DNA from: Paragordius varius
Lineage: Eukaryota > Animalia > Nematomorpha
Assembly (NCBI GenBank): GCA_964247055.1
Contig: OZ176059.1
Span: 434,001 to 498,000 of the forward strand
Length of the DNA: 64,000 nucleotides
Reading direction: 5' to 3'
Shown here: positions 1 to 61,380 of the stretch, one piece after another
How positions within the stretch are numbered: position 1 is the first letter of the stretch
Layout: the number at the start of each line of letters is the position of its first letter
The notes under the pieces: generated by a model
Seen by the model: only the letters and a program-made list of their open reading frames with translations
Told to the model about the DNA's origin: nothing
The model's database searches: none
Program-made: the position numbers and the translations under genes

Positions 1-1430
1 TTTTTCATCGATAGATATACTATAATGAACAAAACATATTATTCGATTCAATAATATGCATCCGAATTAATCTTAACAAAATATGTATTCTTTTAATTTA
101 ATTTTTTAACGCTTTTGCACTATAAAACCACCCTTTATATTAATAGACACCAATTTTGTATACCGTGACTTAGATTTTGACTTATGCAGTGTCTAATATT
201 AAAAAATATCGGTTTGTTGCATTTTAATATTGTATATCATGGCTTTATACCTGATAAATTAGTTTTATATTAATATGAAGAAAAAACTTGTAGACCCAAT
301 TTTATATCATAAAGTAATTTTTATAGTAATATTTGACCATAATTTAAGTTGGGGGTTATACGTTGGAATTCATGGACCTGTTTTTAGCATATTAAAAAAC
401 ACATTTTTGCACTTAAATTTATTATCATTATCGCTAACAAGTTCTTTTTTTTATTAGATCACTAAATGGTGCTCTTATATGAAAATGCCTCGATTAAAAA
501 CCTACGACTTTATTTTAATAGGAAAGCGTGTGGCTAAACTATTAAAGTCTTAGCTAATGGTTTATTAATTTATATTAGTTATTTTAAATTAGGTATGATA
601 AAATTCCTCTATAAAATTTATTTTGTAGCTATAAACTCATACCAGTTAAAATTTAAGATATATAATAAATACGCTGACAAAAATATGTATTCAATTATTA
701 CAGATATAATTTGTCAGTTCGGGTCAATTTTTGGTAATGTTGTTATGTTATCCTCTTTTAGAAAATATTATCGATAAGATGGAAACAAACTATTTATAAA
801 GACGCAAATTATAGATAATAGTAGATAATATGCTGGTTTTTACTAATTAACTTTTATATTATAAAACAGCTAATATCCAAATTTAGACTTTTGCTCATAT
901 AGAAATTTTTTATTATGTGGCTTGGCAAATGGTTTAATAGTTTTTTGCTTTGCAAAATGGCTTAAGTGCACATTAAAAATATCTTTATATGTTCTAATAG
1001 ATAAATGCATTAGAATTCTCATGTTGCTTTTGGTTTAAGGCCCTACGAGTCATATAAGAAAGTTATAATTTGGTGGTTTTAATATCAGAAAATGGCAAAA
1101 TTTGAGCATATTTTGTTAGATGTGTGCGGACTTCAAGAATCTAAAATTTAAGATGTCTTTAAAAATGTAAAACCTTTTTTACTAAAATTAAATGATGCTG
1201 ATTTTTATCAAGCCAGATATTTGATTAAAAAATTTGTAGGCATACAAATTCAAGTGATATAGATGGATATGTTTAGCATCTTGATTTTTAAAATATCTTA
1301 AAGCGATTTCTGCCGTTTTCCATGCTCTCCAAAATAAAAATTTTGCTAAAAATTGAAGAAGTATGCATTTTTGAGACATTTTTTTCATACTTTAGCATAT
1401 AAACTGCTTTCAAAATCGGAGGGTTTGAAA

Positions 1431-2515
1431 TATATTCTGATGTTAAATTTTTGATAAGAAAACTCAGGATTAATTTGGTGCTCTTGTTTTTGGCCTTTAC
1501 GAGTGTTTTAAGATGTTATTTGCATTTGTGTAAGTGCTCCATATCAAAAAATGGCAACATATTTTTTAAAATTTCTTGAAAACTAAATGCTTCATTCCAA
1601 AAATTATCATTTAAATACATCTTAACTACATATAAAAAGCAAAACAATATAAATAAATTAATTTTTAGATGTGAGGTCCGAAAGTCTTAACTATTCTCGC
1701 CCTTTTAAAATGGGTCAGTTCTCCTAAAATAATTGTATGCTGAGATTGTGTGAATTCAAGTATATGCTAAATTTTAACATCGAAAAAATATATTTTTAAA
1801 AATATACTTATTTATATAGATTAGAATTTTTAACAAAATTTTGTTGAAGCAAACACCATACAATTTTGATATAAGCTATTAACGTTTTTTCTATTAAATT
1901 TGATAGTGCGCACAATATAAATTTTAAATGCTTATGATAAATTATTGTAAACACACAATTTATATTTAACATAAATTTGAAGACGCACGAATATTTTAAT
2001 CAAAATTCTGACGCAATTAGAAATGTTTATCATTGAATTATATAGATAAAGTGTTAATATCTTAAAACGTTTTTATGCCGTTTACATCATGCGCTTTAAC
2101 AAAATGTTAAAAATTTAGTTTTTCCTAAAAGTTTGCTCTTTTAAAAAATATTTTTAGTCGATATCGAAATTTTGCACATATTTAACTTTTTATCGTAAAA
2201 TCCCATTTTGAGGTTGTTTTTAAGATAACTAGCTCATTTTAGAAAAGTGAACATTGTGACTTTCGGAGCCAGCCCACGTCTAACAATTATTTTTTTTAAT
2301 AATATTGTTTTGCCTTTTATATGTAGTTATATATTTTAATATTTTGGATGAAGCTTATGGCTTTCACCAAAAATTATAATAAAATATTTGCGCAAATTTT
2401 GCCATTTCTTGATATGGAGCACTTGCCCCAAATGTGTTAATAACTTTCTACTATCCTAAGGGCTGAAAAACCAAAAACACCATGTTAAGCCTCATACATT
2501 TTACTATCAGAATAT
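1431..2515. repeat. Large foldback element with ~400-bp inverted arms
   Basis: atattctgat...gtaagtgctccatatcaaaaaatggcaa (left) mirrors ttgccatttcttgatatggagcactt...atcagaatat (right); direct copy of the left arm at ~63340-63700. Confidence 0.7.
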
Positions 2516-4899
2516 GTATTTCATCAGCATATTCTTTTGTGGGCATTGTGCATTATAATGAATATTCTTATCATCCAAAAAATTTTAGTATTTTTAATCT
2601 TGCTTAAGCTTCGAAGCCCACTATATATTAATTAGATAAATAGGTTTGTATTATATATATAGTTTATTAAACGATAAGATATTATTTGACTTTTTTCAAA
2701 GATTTTTATGAAGTTGTTACCGCAAAAGTGGTAATAATTTTATGATTAGTAAAGCCCATTAAAATTACCATGAAATTTCTGATACACTTTTGTAGCATGC
2801 TACTCCGTATTAAGTTATATCAAAATTGCTGAAAAACAACTGTTTGGCAGATTTTTTGCATACATTTATTTCATATAGCGTTTAACTCTCAAATTTATTT
2901 TTGATAATTGTAATCTCATCATATCATTTTTAAAAGTTTTAGTTTGCTTAAGCATTACACATGTAGGCTCTAAAATTATGGTTTCTTCGATCTATGTCCA
3001 ATCATATGTCATTTTAAGGGTAGTAATTTAAATAACGGTAGGTACAATAAAAAGCGCTTAACAATATTTTGCATATGCTACTGTTGTTGACAGATAGAGA
3101 CAATTTTAGATATGTTTTTAAAGTGTTTGCATATTATAAAAAATTTTGAGTAAGTATATATGTTTTGTACAACATAAAGGTATGTTACAAAAATTTATTG
3201 TAAACTATAACATGTATATAAAATTTTTATAATAAAGTAGTAAATGTGTTAGTCTATCTATCTATCTATATCGATCGATAAAAGTGTTATAAATATACAC
3301 CAGTTAATCATTTACTCAAAATGGGAAAATTTATAGGTAGCCATTCTCTTTCCTATCACTTCAATGTGCATATATCCAACACATAGTTAGGCCATTACAC
3401 ATCTAAAAATATATCACCTTATATATATGCCATACCTTGCCTTAATAAACGAATTTATCTTTTACGTTTTCGTTTTTGCTTTTGCCTAAGGACAAGTTAA
3501 AGTGTCCAATATTTTGCGTTGGTTAAACATAAAATCTTTTTTGCATAACAAAGGTATGATTATAATATATTCCATTTTTTTGAATAGAGCATTTTCATCA
3601 GCCATTCTTTCCTTCAATTTGGCCATACGTTACAATATTATATAGTTAGTTATTAGGTGTTTATATATATTATTGATTAAATTTTTTTCCCCTGATGTTA
3701 GTTAATGTATACGTGTAGAAAAAAATGTTTTATCATTGAATTAGCACATAAAACATTCAAATAATTTACATTCTTCACATCACCTGTTTGTAAATACATA
3801 GTGGCCACTGAAATAATATACCATTTTTATGATATTTGTTGGACCTTTGGGTACAATCTCCTTAAAGTAGTTCTTAAAACTCAAAACTATAATATTATTA
3901 TTCATTTTTTTAGATCCCAATTATGACGTGCTTTTTTTCATAGTGTATATTAACACTGAGCTCACAGATAAGGATTTAAGCTATTTTCGTCTAGGCTATT
4001 TTATTAGGTCTTTGCTGTAACACTGGTAAATCTAAGATAGGTGTCAATAATATCGATAAAAGATATTCACACACCTTATATGCTTAGTCTGTGCTTATAC
4101 TTATATAGTTAACTAAAAACGAAATGTGTATCTTATTATACCTTTGAATAAGTGGTATATGCTGACTACATCTCTCTAAGTCCATTTTTTCCAATTTTAT
4201 TGGTATGAGAACAACGTGTAAAAAAAGCCAATTTTTTTAATTATTTTTTTATTCTTTTTCATTGATTGCCAACTTTGATAAAATAATGATTTATCGTGCC
4301 TGATTATTTTCAAAAACTTTATTCCGTATTCTCTTATCTCAAACATTCACTATCCGCTCACAACTTTAGTATTTGCTGGTCAAAAATTTTTAATACAATT
4401 ACCCAATCATATGTTTTTTCCATAATTACAATTCATTCCTACGATCAAAAAATGTGGATTTCCCAAAAAATTCAAGATACAGTAAATGTATGAAGTTAAG
4501 AATTTTCAAAAAAAAAAATAAAAACATGAATTTTATTGCTGACCGCCATAATGACTCTATAAAAAAATACACGATTTAGTATCCGCACACATCATGTAAC
4601 CCATTTTTTAGATATATATTAAATTTTTTTGGATCTAGGATTATATTAATTCTAATAATATATTTGATAATCTTACAGGTGAAAAAAATATTTAAAATTA
4701 ATTATGATTTTTAATTCTGTATTTATGAGATAGAACAAACTAACAAACTTAATTTGGTTTTGGTAGCAAGAAGGTATCATGTTTAAGCAATCATATATAA
4801 ATTTAGGCTTTATTGAAATATCTGATTGCACTGTGATTGGCTAGTTAAATATTTAAAATCTTATGAAACAGGGGGGGGGGGGAAGGGGGGAGGGGGATT

Positions 4900-5470
4900 C
4901 AATATACCTGTGTATGATATTTCTAGATTTTTTATATTAGGCATCTCACTATTTACTTTTTGTGAAAACAATAGCCCTCGTAGTTTTATATCCCGGAGGG
5001 ATTTCAATTTTGAATATTTCAAAAAGTATTTAAGGTATAAAAACAATTTTAAAAATATAATTTCTTTACCCCTTTTTTAGGCGCATGCTTTATAAAAACT
5101 TTTTTTAAAAAAAAATTTTCATCTCAAATTTTTTCGCCGCTATTTGATTTTTCTCAGATTTTTAATCATCGTTAATACAACAGGCAAATATGTATTTATT
5201 TATGGTTAGGAAATATAGAAATATAACTTAAAAATTTCAGGCTGTATTTTACCAGCAAAAACTTGGTATATATTGACTTTAAAGGCAGCTGTATTCATTT
5301 CAATTTTGTTTTGGAGCTGTATTTTAGATTTTAAAAGTAAAAAAACTTTAAATAAGCTTTTCCAAAACAACTTTTCAATCTTGTTTTCAAATTAAGCTCT
5401 TGGATATAAACACTACCCCAAAATGTATTGGCGGACAAAAATGTGGAAACGTATTTTAATTTATTTTGAT
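4900..5470. repeat. Dispersed ~550-600 bp repeat, three copies
   Basis: Shared agttttatatccc...aaaagtatttaaggtat...cgccgc(c)att...gagctgt; other copies at ~23880-24460 and ~45130-45720. Confidence 0.7.
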
Positions 5471-6241
5471 TTCATATATTTATGAAATATTTTTTTTAAT
5501 TTCATAGCGAAGGTAGAGATTATAAGAAAGTGAGTTGATTTTTATGTGCACGTATCTTTCTTACTTTTTTGACGGGATATACACTTTTTGCAAAATAGAG
5601 CATTTGAATATGTTACGTTATTCATTAACTTAATTTTTAAATTTTTTTCGGATCTTTTGGATTATTATTTATATTTTTTAATTTCTCCTTTAATAAGGAT
5701 ACAAAAAAGATTCGAACCTTTGCTTGAATTTTTTATAGACTTTTATCGTGGTAAAATTAGTCACCGAAGCGCATTTATACAATAATTTAAATTTTTGGAC
5801 ATGTATTGATTATAGTCAATTTTTTTTATTCTCACACATATGTGGTTATAACTTTAATCGTTTTTTTAATAAAATTAAAGCAAACACACTCATTAATGGT
5901 CTCTTGTGTGGCGTTCCCCAATCTTTTGAATTCGCAACTATTTAGCCTTTAAAAATACAAACGAAAGGTTAAAACATGACATACTCTATAATATACACTA
6001 TGAGTAGGTGTGTATGCCTTACCAGTTTTCATTAGTTATTGCGAGATAGCAGATAAAGCAAAGGGCAGCATTAATATGCTCTTTGCTATATTTATACTAT
6101 CCAATATTTGATAAAAAAAACTAAAGCAATATATAGTTACTCACACTCTTCTAAGATACCTAGGTATATTATATTTTCATAACAAAAAATAGATTTTGAT
6201 CGATTGATATATATATATATATATATATATATGTATTTAGA

Positions 6242-53597
<47,356 letters not shown>

Positions 53598-56500
53598 CAA
53601 CTGTGATCGTTTACTTTTTTTAAAAAAATTTAAACGTCAAATACGGAACAAAAATCCAATCTTATACATGATAAAGCGAAAAAGGAGCGTATTTATTGTT
53701 AATATTTGTCAGAACTATAGAGGACGGTATTGAAGTCAAACATAAGTAACGCATTTAATTGTCAGAACCTATTCACAAAAGTTAATTAAAAAGGGTGGCC
53801 TTGCCATCTAAATTTGGAAATTAATTTCCAAAACGTTTAAATTTCCAATAAATTGTTTCCATGCAGATCTTGGAATTTTTGGATTCTCTTGTCCGTGTAT
53901 TATGGCTAATTAAAAAACGCATTTAATTTAACTACCGTTTTCCTCCCAAAAAGCTTTTCATTATTATTTAAAAAAAGGCATATACGACAAAAATTCTAAA
54001 AATTTGGGCCAGTCCAGTCATTAAATATCAAATAACATAATGAATTTACCTATCAAACTGTATAAATCTTTGTTATTGTTAAAATTATTTTATTGTTGTA
54101 CATATATTTATATATATGTTATTATAAAAGCTACAGCTTATAATCTATACATATTTCGCTTAAATATACATATATGTTTAGTAAGTTAGCATAGATAAGT
54201 GCCTTTGACGCAAGCAAACCCCAAACAAGGCCTTACATATTCCTCTGTGCATTTATTATATTTATGACAAAAAATATAAATATATTATTAGTACAAATTA
54301 ATTAATAAAACAGTATTGAACCATTTATATGATATTATTTTATTTTGCAAACCATATTCTTTTCATGCCTACTGTAATGAGAGCTATTATTGGTTATTTT
54401 GGTATTTTAATTGGTTAAAAAGTTATATCAATCATGTTTGTTGGTATGTATGAGACTTTTTAAAATTTTAATAGTTACCTATTTAATTAATATGGTAAAG
54501 ATATATTACGGTGACGCCGCAATGATTAATGTAACTAATGAAAATGAAAAATTTAATACCTACTCCAACACCCATGTGAATTAAAACCTATATTGGGCAA
54601 TTAACATACCGAAATGGTCAATAATAGCTCTCGTTATTATTATTTAATAAAATGAATTTACAAACTTTTTTTTCAAATACATATTGCAATTACTAGCTTT
54701 TATATATTATTTGTACATATCACATGCATGATGTATTTATTAAACTGTATGCTGCCACATTCAGCTGTTTTATACCTTATTCATATTTTATACGTGGTCA
54801 TTAGATCGATAAATTGGTGTTGGAAAAAAAATACTAAAACGCAAACTTTAATTTTGGTGATATAACAAATTATATTCAGCATCACTTAAAAAAATTTGTA
54901 TTTATTTATTTTGCTACATTCCATTCCTTACCCTTTCTATTATATTATTTCATATCATTTTTATTAAGTCTTTTTGCAAATATTATATCACAATTGAGTT
55001 ATATAATAAATGGCATTATATTTTATCCAAAACCGTTAGCCCACACTATTTGCACCTAATCAATATTAATTATACATTACATTTTGTTGATAATAATTTC
55101 ATTATTATATAGTGTAAAATAAATGGCTTCAATTGTTTCATCAACTTTTTTTTAAATATTAAGTGTTTGATCAACATATATGAACAAACATTTTTAGCTG
55201 TAATGTATGATATCGAAGCATTTTCGATTCCATCTCATTATTTTTTTGATAAAAATGAGGGTAATATGTCCCATATAGATATTCAATATGTTTTGAAATA
55301 ATTTCAATATATTCCATTTTTATAAAGACCTTAAACAGGCCTAGGGTCATCAACTATCTTAATATACCATTTACAGAATTAACCCTTTAACAATTCAAAT
55401 TTACCATCGAACAAAACGAATTCACCCTATAAATAAATTATGTGTTATTGAACTAATATAACTCATTATTAATACAAAACATATTTCGGCATAGTTTATT
55501 ATTTTTATAGTATTATTTTAATTTTAAACAAAATTTTATTTTTTTAAAAACATAATAGGTAAATTTTAATCTTATAAAACATATAATTTATTTGAGGGTG
55601 AATTTAAATTGTTTAAGGGTTTATTTGAATTGTAAATGGTATATGTTTCGAATGATATAAAGACATGATTAATATTAAAGTTTTAAAGTGTTAAAATACA
55701 GATTTATAGAGACAATATTGTTTGAAAAGAAAAATGGTGTAAATCAAATAAAACTTATCCAACTTACTAATGGAAGCAAGATACGATTTTATATAATCAA
55801 ACGATGCTAATATCTTGATTCTTTTTAAAAACTAACCACAAATCCTATCTTTGCGATCAATATGTAATTAAACATGGGTGTTTAACACTAATAACTTGGT
55901 GTACAATTAAAAGATATACACTGCGTCCAAAATCAAATAAATATCCTGATAAAAAATATATATTCTGATAAAGAAATGTCTGAGGATAATGCGGCTTTGG
56001 CTATTAGGAGTGTTTTGAGAAAGTAACTCACATTCGCTGTGGGTGCTTTGAAATATAAGATGGGAAATTCGCCATTTTGCTACATAAATTTTTTTCCGTG
56101 ACAGCTAATTGCTTCCTTCTAATAAATATCACTAAAATATATACCATTTACAATTCATTATACGCTTGAACAATTCAAATTTACCCTTAAACAATTCAAA
56201 TTCACCCTCGAACAATATAAATTCACCCTTAAACGATTCATATTTACCCTCGAACAATTCATACACCCTAAAATAAATAATGATGTATTATAAGCTTAAA
56301 AATTGACTATATTTTTTACTTGTTATAAAAGAAAATTTTGTTTAAAATTAAAATAATACTGAAAAAAATAAAATGCCATCAAGATATTTCGTATTAATAA
56401 TGCAAACAAAAAACAATATTTTTCAAAATTAGATGTGAGCTCCTCTCAAATTTTTAAATCCTTCCAAGATGGCCAAGTTCTCTTAAGACAAAGGCAAAAT

Positions 56501-57698
56501 GAGATTGCGCAATAAAATTTTTAAAATATGCTACATTTCGACACTAAAAATACAAAAAAATAAATTTTTGCTTGAATTAATTTATAGTAATATGAGTTGT
56601 TTTATTATATTTTAAAGCATGTTGAAAAGGGATAAAAAGACTTAAAGATATTTAACTTCTTTCTCTATAATTCGATTATGCTGAACATTTCTATAACCTT
56701 TTGAATATTCATTCGCCTTCAAATTTATGTTAAATATAATTTTTTTTAAATTAAAGTTCAGAATCAATAGAAATATTTGGCATCCTCGAATTATATAAAA
56801 GGTATTTTTATCTTGAGGAGTTTTCATACCTTTTCCTTCACCCTCAAAATAATAAAAGGTATGCTTCAACAAAATTTCGCTAAATAATTTTTGAAAAATA
56901 GTATATACATTTTTAAAAAATATTTTTATATTTAAATAGTCTACATAGATTTCTATGGCACAATCTCGGCTGTCTTGCGTCTAATTTATGTGAACTAAGT
57001 AATTTTAGAACGAAAAATTGCGACTTTTGGACCACACCAAAAAATTAAACTCTATATAATATTGCTTTGTTTTTGATATGTAGTTTTTATATTTTATAAT
57101 ATTTTTGGAATTAAGCGCTTAGCTTTTACCAAAAAATTTAACAAGACTTATGCATAAAATTTTGCAATTTGGAAACATAAAGCAACTATCACAAAAGTGT
57201 AAACAACTGACTTAAATCACAGAAAAGGGCCAATACCAAAAGCACCATGATAATCTTGATTGATTTTCCCATCAGATTCTATATATTTTATCAGGATATT
57301 TTACACTTATATACCATAAATACTTTATTGGATTTTAAACATAGGACTGTAAAATGCAAATTCAGTATAATTTTTTCAAGTTCATTGCCAATCGACCTAT
57401 TTAAAATCATTTAACAAACATCAATTTTACTGAGATTTTGCATACGGGCCGCGCATAATGTTTCGAAGGGCCGCATATAAATTAGACCTGTAATGACAGT
57501 CTACATATCATGATATTTATTTTATTTATTTAAAAAACATCTAAAGTAAAAAAAATATTACACAAGTATTGAGGTATATAATATCATGCGCTAAAATACA
57601 TTGTTTTAATGGGTGGAGCAAAAAGTATAAAATATTTGACAATATAAAAGAATATATAATAGTAAAGTAAAAATTAAACCGCTTCTTTAATATTGCTG

Positions 57699-58139
57699 CT
57701 AATAATAATTATATCTATGTCGCCTTCTGTATCCTCGATATCTATACCCTCTATGACGGCCGCCCCATCTATTATTGTGATGGCCATAATTATTGTACTG
57801 ATTGCCGCCATAATAACCTCCATACAAATTATCCCCATAGTAAGGTGAATAGTGTTCATTATCGTAATAACCGCCGCCATCATCGCCATAAAAATGCTCG
57901 TTTCCATGGTAACCATGAGCAGATACGCTAAAAGATGACATTCGTAAAAATTTCTCCAAATTTTGATTTGGATAATTAGCATTGGTAATTGGATTTTCGT
58001 CCAAAATATTAAACTGCTGATTCAGTAGGGTAAACCATTTGTACATGTTTACGGGGCCAGAGACTTTAACCGTCAAGGGTGGTAATAAAAAACCACAGGC
58101 ATACAGTAATAAAAAATTCCTTGTAACGATTTGACTTAC
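57699..58139 (-). CDS. Gly/Tyr/His/Arg-rich small protein, probably secreted (main exon; start exon not resolved)
   Basis: The frame is open from 58139 (after tatag) to the stop at 57699-57701: VSQIVTRNFLLLYACGFLLPPLTVKVSG...GYHGNEHFYGDDGGGYYDNEHYSPYYGDNLYGGYYGGNQYNNYGHHNNRWGGRHRGYRYRGYRRRHRYNYY. Confidence 0.65.
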   Translation of the reverse strand, partial: VSQIVTRNFLLLYACGFLLPPLTVKVSGPVNMYKWFTLLNQQFNILDENPITNANYPNQNLEKFLRMSSFSVSAHGYHGNEHFYGDDGGGYYDNEHYSPYYGDNLYGGYYGGNQYNNYGHHNNRWGGRHRGYRYRGYRRRHRYNYY

Positions 58140-58659
58140 CTATATAATATAATGCATGTGTATCAGAATTATAAATTAACGTATTGATTAATTTTAGCAT
58201 TTTCATACTGTATACATTATATGGAAATTGGTTTAAAAATGCCATCTAATAAACATATATACACATTTTTCATGATTAAGAATTACAAATAAATGTTATC
58301 TTAAAAATTTAATGAAAAATATTCTGCTTTGGATTTAATTGCATAAATATATAAAAAATATAAAGTAGTTAAAATTATTACCCGGGTAGTAGTGAATTTC
58401 ATAGTTTAAAAATATAGAAAATAATCTTATACCTTTAAATAATTTATTGTGGAAAAATGTTTCTTATATACCACCATTTATTGTAAACAATTAAGTATAC
58501 GAGTATAATCGGTTTAAATTGGACATTAAAAAATACAAATTATGGTAACAAGTGACTTTAACTTTTTTAATAAAACGAAGGAAAAAGTAAACATTATTAA
58601 CTATCTATTTTTATAACATCTAGAAAATTAATGTTTAACAGGTTTTTTTGATTAACGCA

Positions 58660-59460
58660 TACAGATGTAGTGTATAAGTTTTTACTGTTTTACTAATAAA
58701 AAAATATGAAATTTGAAAGTAAATCAATTATTTATTTTATTCAAAATATTTTCCATCGTCTTAGATAGTATATGAATGCCGAGCCAGAAAATTGATTGTC
58801 ATATGCAGAAATCCATTCGTTAAGCCGTTCCGTCGTCTTCGAAAGAGTTGAAGAGCTATTCTGCGAGGGTGTACCCATTGATCCGAAGTTGTAATAGCCA
58901 GATGACACCAGGTGGGGTGACTTCAACGGATGAAAAAGAATTTGTTATTAAAGGATTATAAGGTGTCTTTGGATGGTTTTGTTGTGTAAGACAGTGAGCA
59001 CATTGTCATGCAAAAAATCACTATGATACGTCATCTGACCTATACGAGTCGTTTTACGAATAATGCATGGGTTAATTTAATCATTTGTTGGCGATAGCCT
59101 GTATTAACGGTTTCATCAGGTTTTTAAATTTCATGTACACAATACCGTTCAGGTCCGATTAGGAGCATAGCATATTTTTTTGCCCAAGTGATTTTGTCTT
59201 GGTGATGATGGAGTGGCATGGCAAAAAAACCACGATTTTTTTCGCTTTGGATTTACAATAAAAGCCATTTCTCATCATATTTGCTAAAATAATTTTCTTA
59301 CGTGACATTGAGGCATAAGTTTACAAGTCACTTTGCTATTTTCGAACCCGTTTACGACCAAGTTTATTGGTCCAATGTCGTAGAGGTCTGGAATGTTTTA
59401 GATTATGCAATACTTCTGCCAATTACTGTTGAGTTGCATTCAATACTCGCACTTAATCGA
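58660..59460 (-). mobile_element. Mos1-like mariner, 3' portion, decayed
   Basis: Minus strand: DEKW..VNPKRKKSW, KPDETVNT, LHDN, SPHLVSSGYYNFGSMG (= SPDLAPSDYHLFASMG), RLNEW; TIR-like tacagatgtagtgtataagtttttactgttt at ~58660. Confidence 0.82.
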
Positions 59461-61321
59461 TTTCGTTAAAATTTAAAGCAACCAACTCGGTTACACATGC
59501 CCCCCAACCCGGTTTCAAAATTTTGGAAACCACCTCGGTATTTTAAAATTCTTCGGAACTAGGTCGGTTCCGGTACTTTTTTGGAAACGGTTAGAAGGCC
59601 TACATTATGGTTTTGTATAGCCAACTTCTCTATACTAAAATTTACATAAGTTATAAGATATAGGTATTTTTTCTGCTATTTTTCTGCGAAAGAGTAGGAT
59701 GAAAGTACGAAACATTCCAAAAATATTTTTTTAGTGAGCACTGCCTAAATTTTCCCTTAGTTAATACTGTACTTGTACTTTCAATTATAAAATTTAAATT
59801 TTAGATATACAGTTATTTGGCATTAAATTGCTTTTTTCCAAAAGCTGTGACCTATATCTGTGTTTGAAATAAGAAATCATTTTAGAGCTGCCATAAATTA
59901 CTTATTTTCCGTTTAAAAACTATTTATATAAAAAGAGGAAAAGATATTAAAAATAGATATGTGTTTTACGGGGGTAGTTTTTTTCCCCAACAAGTTATAT
60001 ATATATATATATATATGATTATTGGAAAAATTAAAAATATAAAATCAATAGTAATTTCAGTTTACATTTTATAAATGTCAATTAAATTTAAGAAAATCAT
60101 CCCAAACTTAAATTGCTAGAAAAGCTAAGCAAATCAAATTACATATATTATGGTTGAAAAACATTGATTTTATTTTTACTAAATTTGCCATAAATATGGA
60201 TATTAAGCGTTGAGCTGGCTCTTAAACACTAGAAAAAATTTATTCAAATACCTCCTGATTGTAACGAATCTGAGATCAGACGAACCCAAGTTCGTAAAAA
60301 TCTAAAATTAAAAAATATGGAATGTAAATCCATTTCAATAAAAACATTTAAATAATTTTCCAAAATAATACTTTTTATGTTTTAACCACAAGAGAAAAAT
60401 TTGGAAAATCAATAAAAGTTTATATAAATATTGCTAATTTAATTGTTTTTCACTATTTTCTGTTACTAATATTAAATAATTCATTAAATAACACATTAAC
60501 TTAAATTTTAGCTGTAGATTCCAAAAACACTATATTTTCAAAAAAATTTGAAATGGAACTTTGCTATTAAAACTATTTTTTTAAATATTTAGCTCTAAAT
60601 TAAATTGGCTTAGTAACCGTTAAATCAAAATTAATTTTAAAATAACTGGTAATATTGTTTAATTGCAAGCAACCAATAAATGCAATTTAACACTATATGC
60701 TTATTGTAATTTATATTTTTTTATATGATATACTAATCTAGGAATTATATATGGTCACAACATTTAAATATTGAATCACCAAATTTGGCCAGAAATTAAA
60801 TATTTGAGTTTTAGATAATAAAATTTACTTGATACAATTGCTTTCGTGTTTTATTAATATAAATATTAATTTTATACATATTTTTACAATTATGCAAATT
60901 TTTTAATATTTAATATTTTAAAACAAACTTTTTAAAAAATTATCTAGTAGGCAAAAAATTTATGGTAAGATTTTTTAATGTTTTAATATGGTCAGATATG
61001 AATAGTGATTTAACTATATTTTTCACTTTTGAACTTTATAAAGTTTATAATCAAACCATCATGTTGCTTTTATAACTTAATATATCACTTAACCGTTATG
61101 ATAATTTTTTGTCCCAAGAATGGGTAGTTAAAACTATTTTATTTATATAGAGGTTTATATAATAAAAAATGAAATTTGAATACAAAGCACGTGTAGTTTA
61201 ACACCCTCACATAGTCGGAGAGATATACAATTCATATACGTATACTATGAATATATTTTGAATATATACATCTTTGCAGTATGAATAACCAGAACACGGT
61301 TAAAATATTAAACACCACCGC

Positions 61322-61330
61322 TATATAAAA
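61322..61330 (+). promoter_or_regulatory. Candidate TATA box of the serpin gene
   Basis: TATATAAAA about 55 nt upstream of ATG 61381; weak evidence in an AT-rich background. Confidence 0.4.
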
Positions 61331-61380
61331 CCTTAGAGATAATAGTAATAACTCAATTTTCTTATTTCATTGTATGTGAT

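Noticed and set aside
275-5945. Short ORFs upstream of Cav2, plus MITE-derived ORFs such as 41885-42169 and 46481-46732
   Set aside because: They are low-complexity I/F/K/L/Y translations typical of AT-rich noncoding or repeat DNA, with no recognisable domains.
56141-56290. 21-bp direct repeats resembling a CRISPR array
   Set aside because: There are no unique spacers, the units are part of MITE family B TIRs, and the context is eukaryotic with no cas genes.
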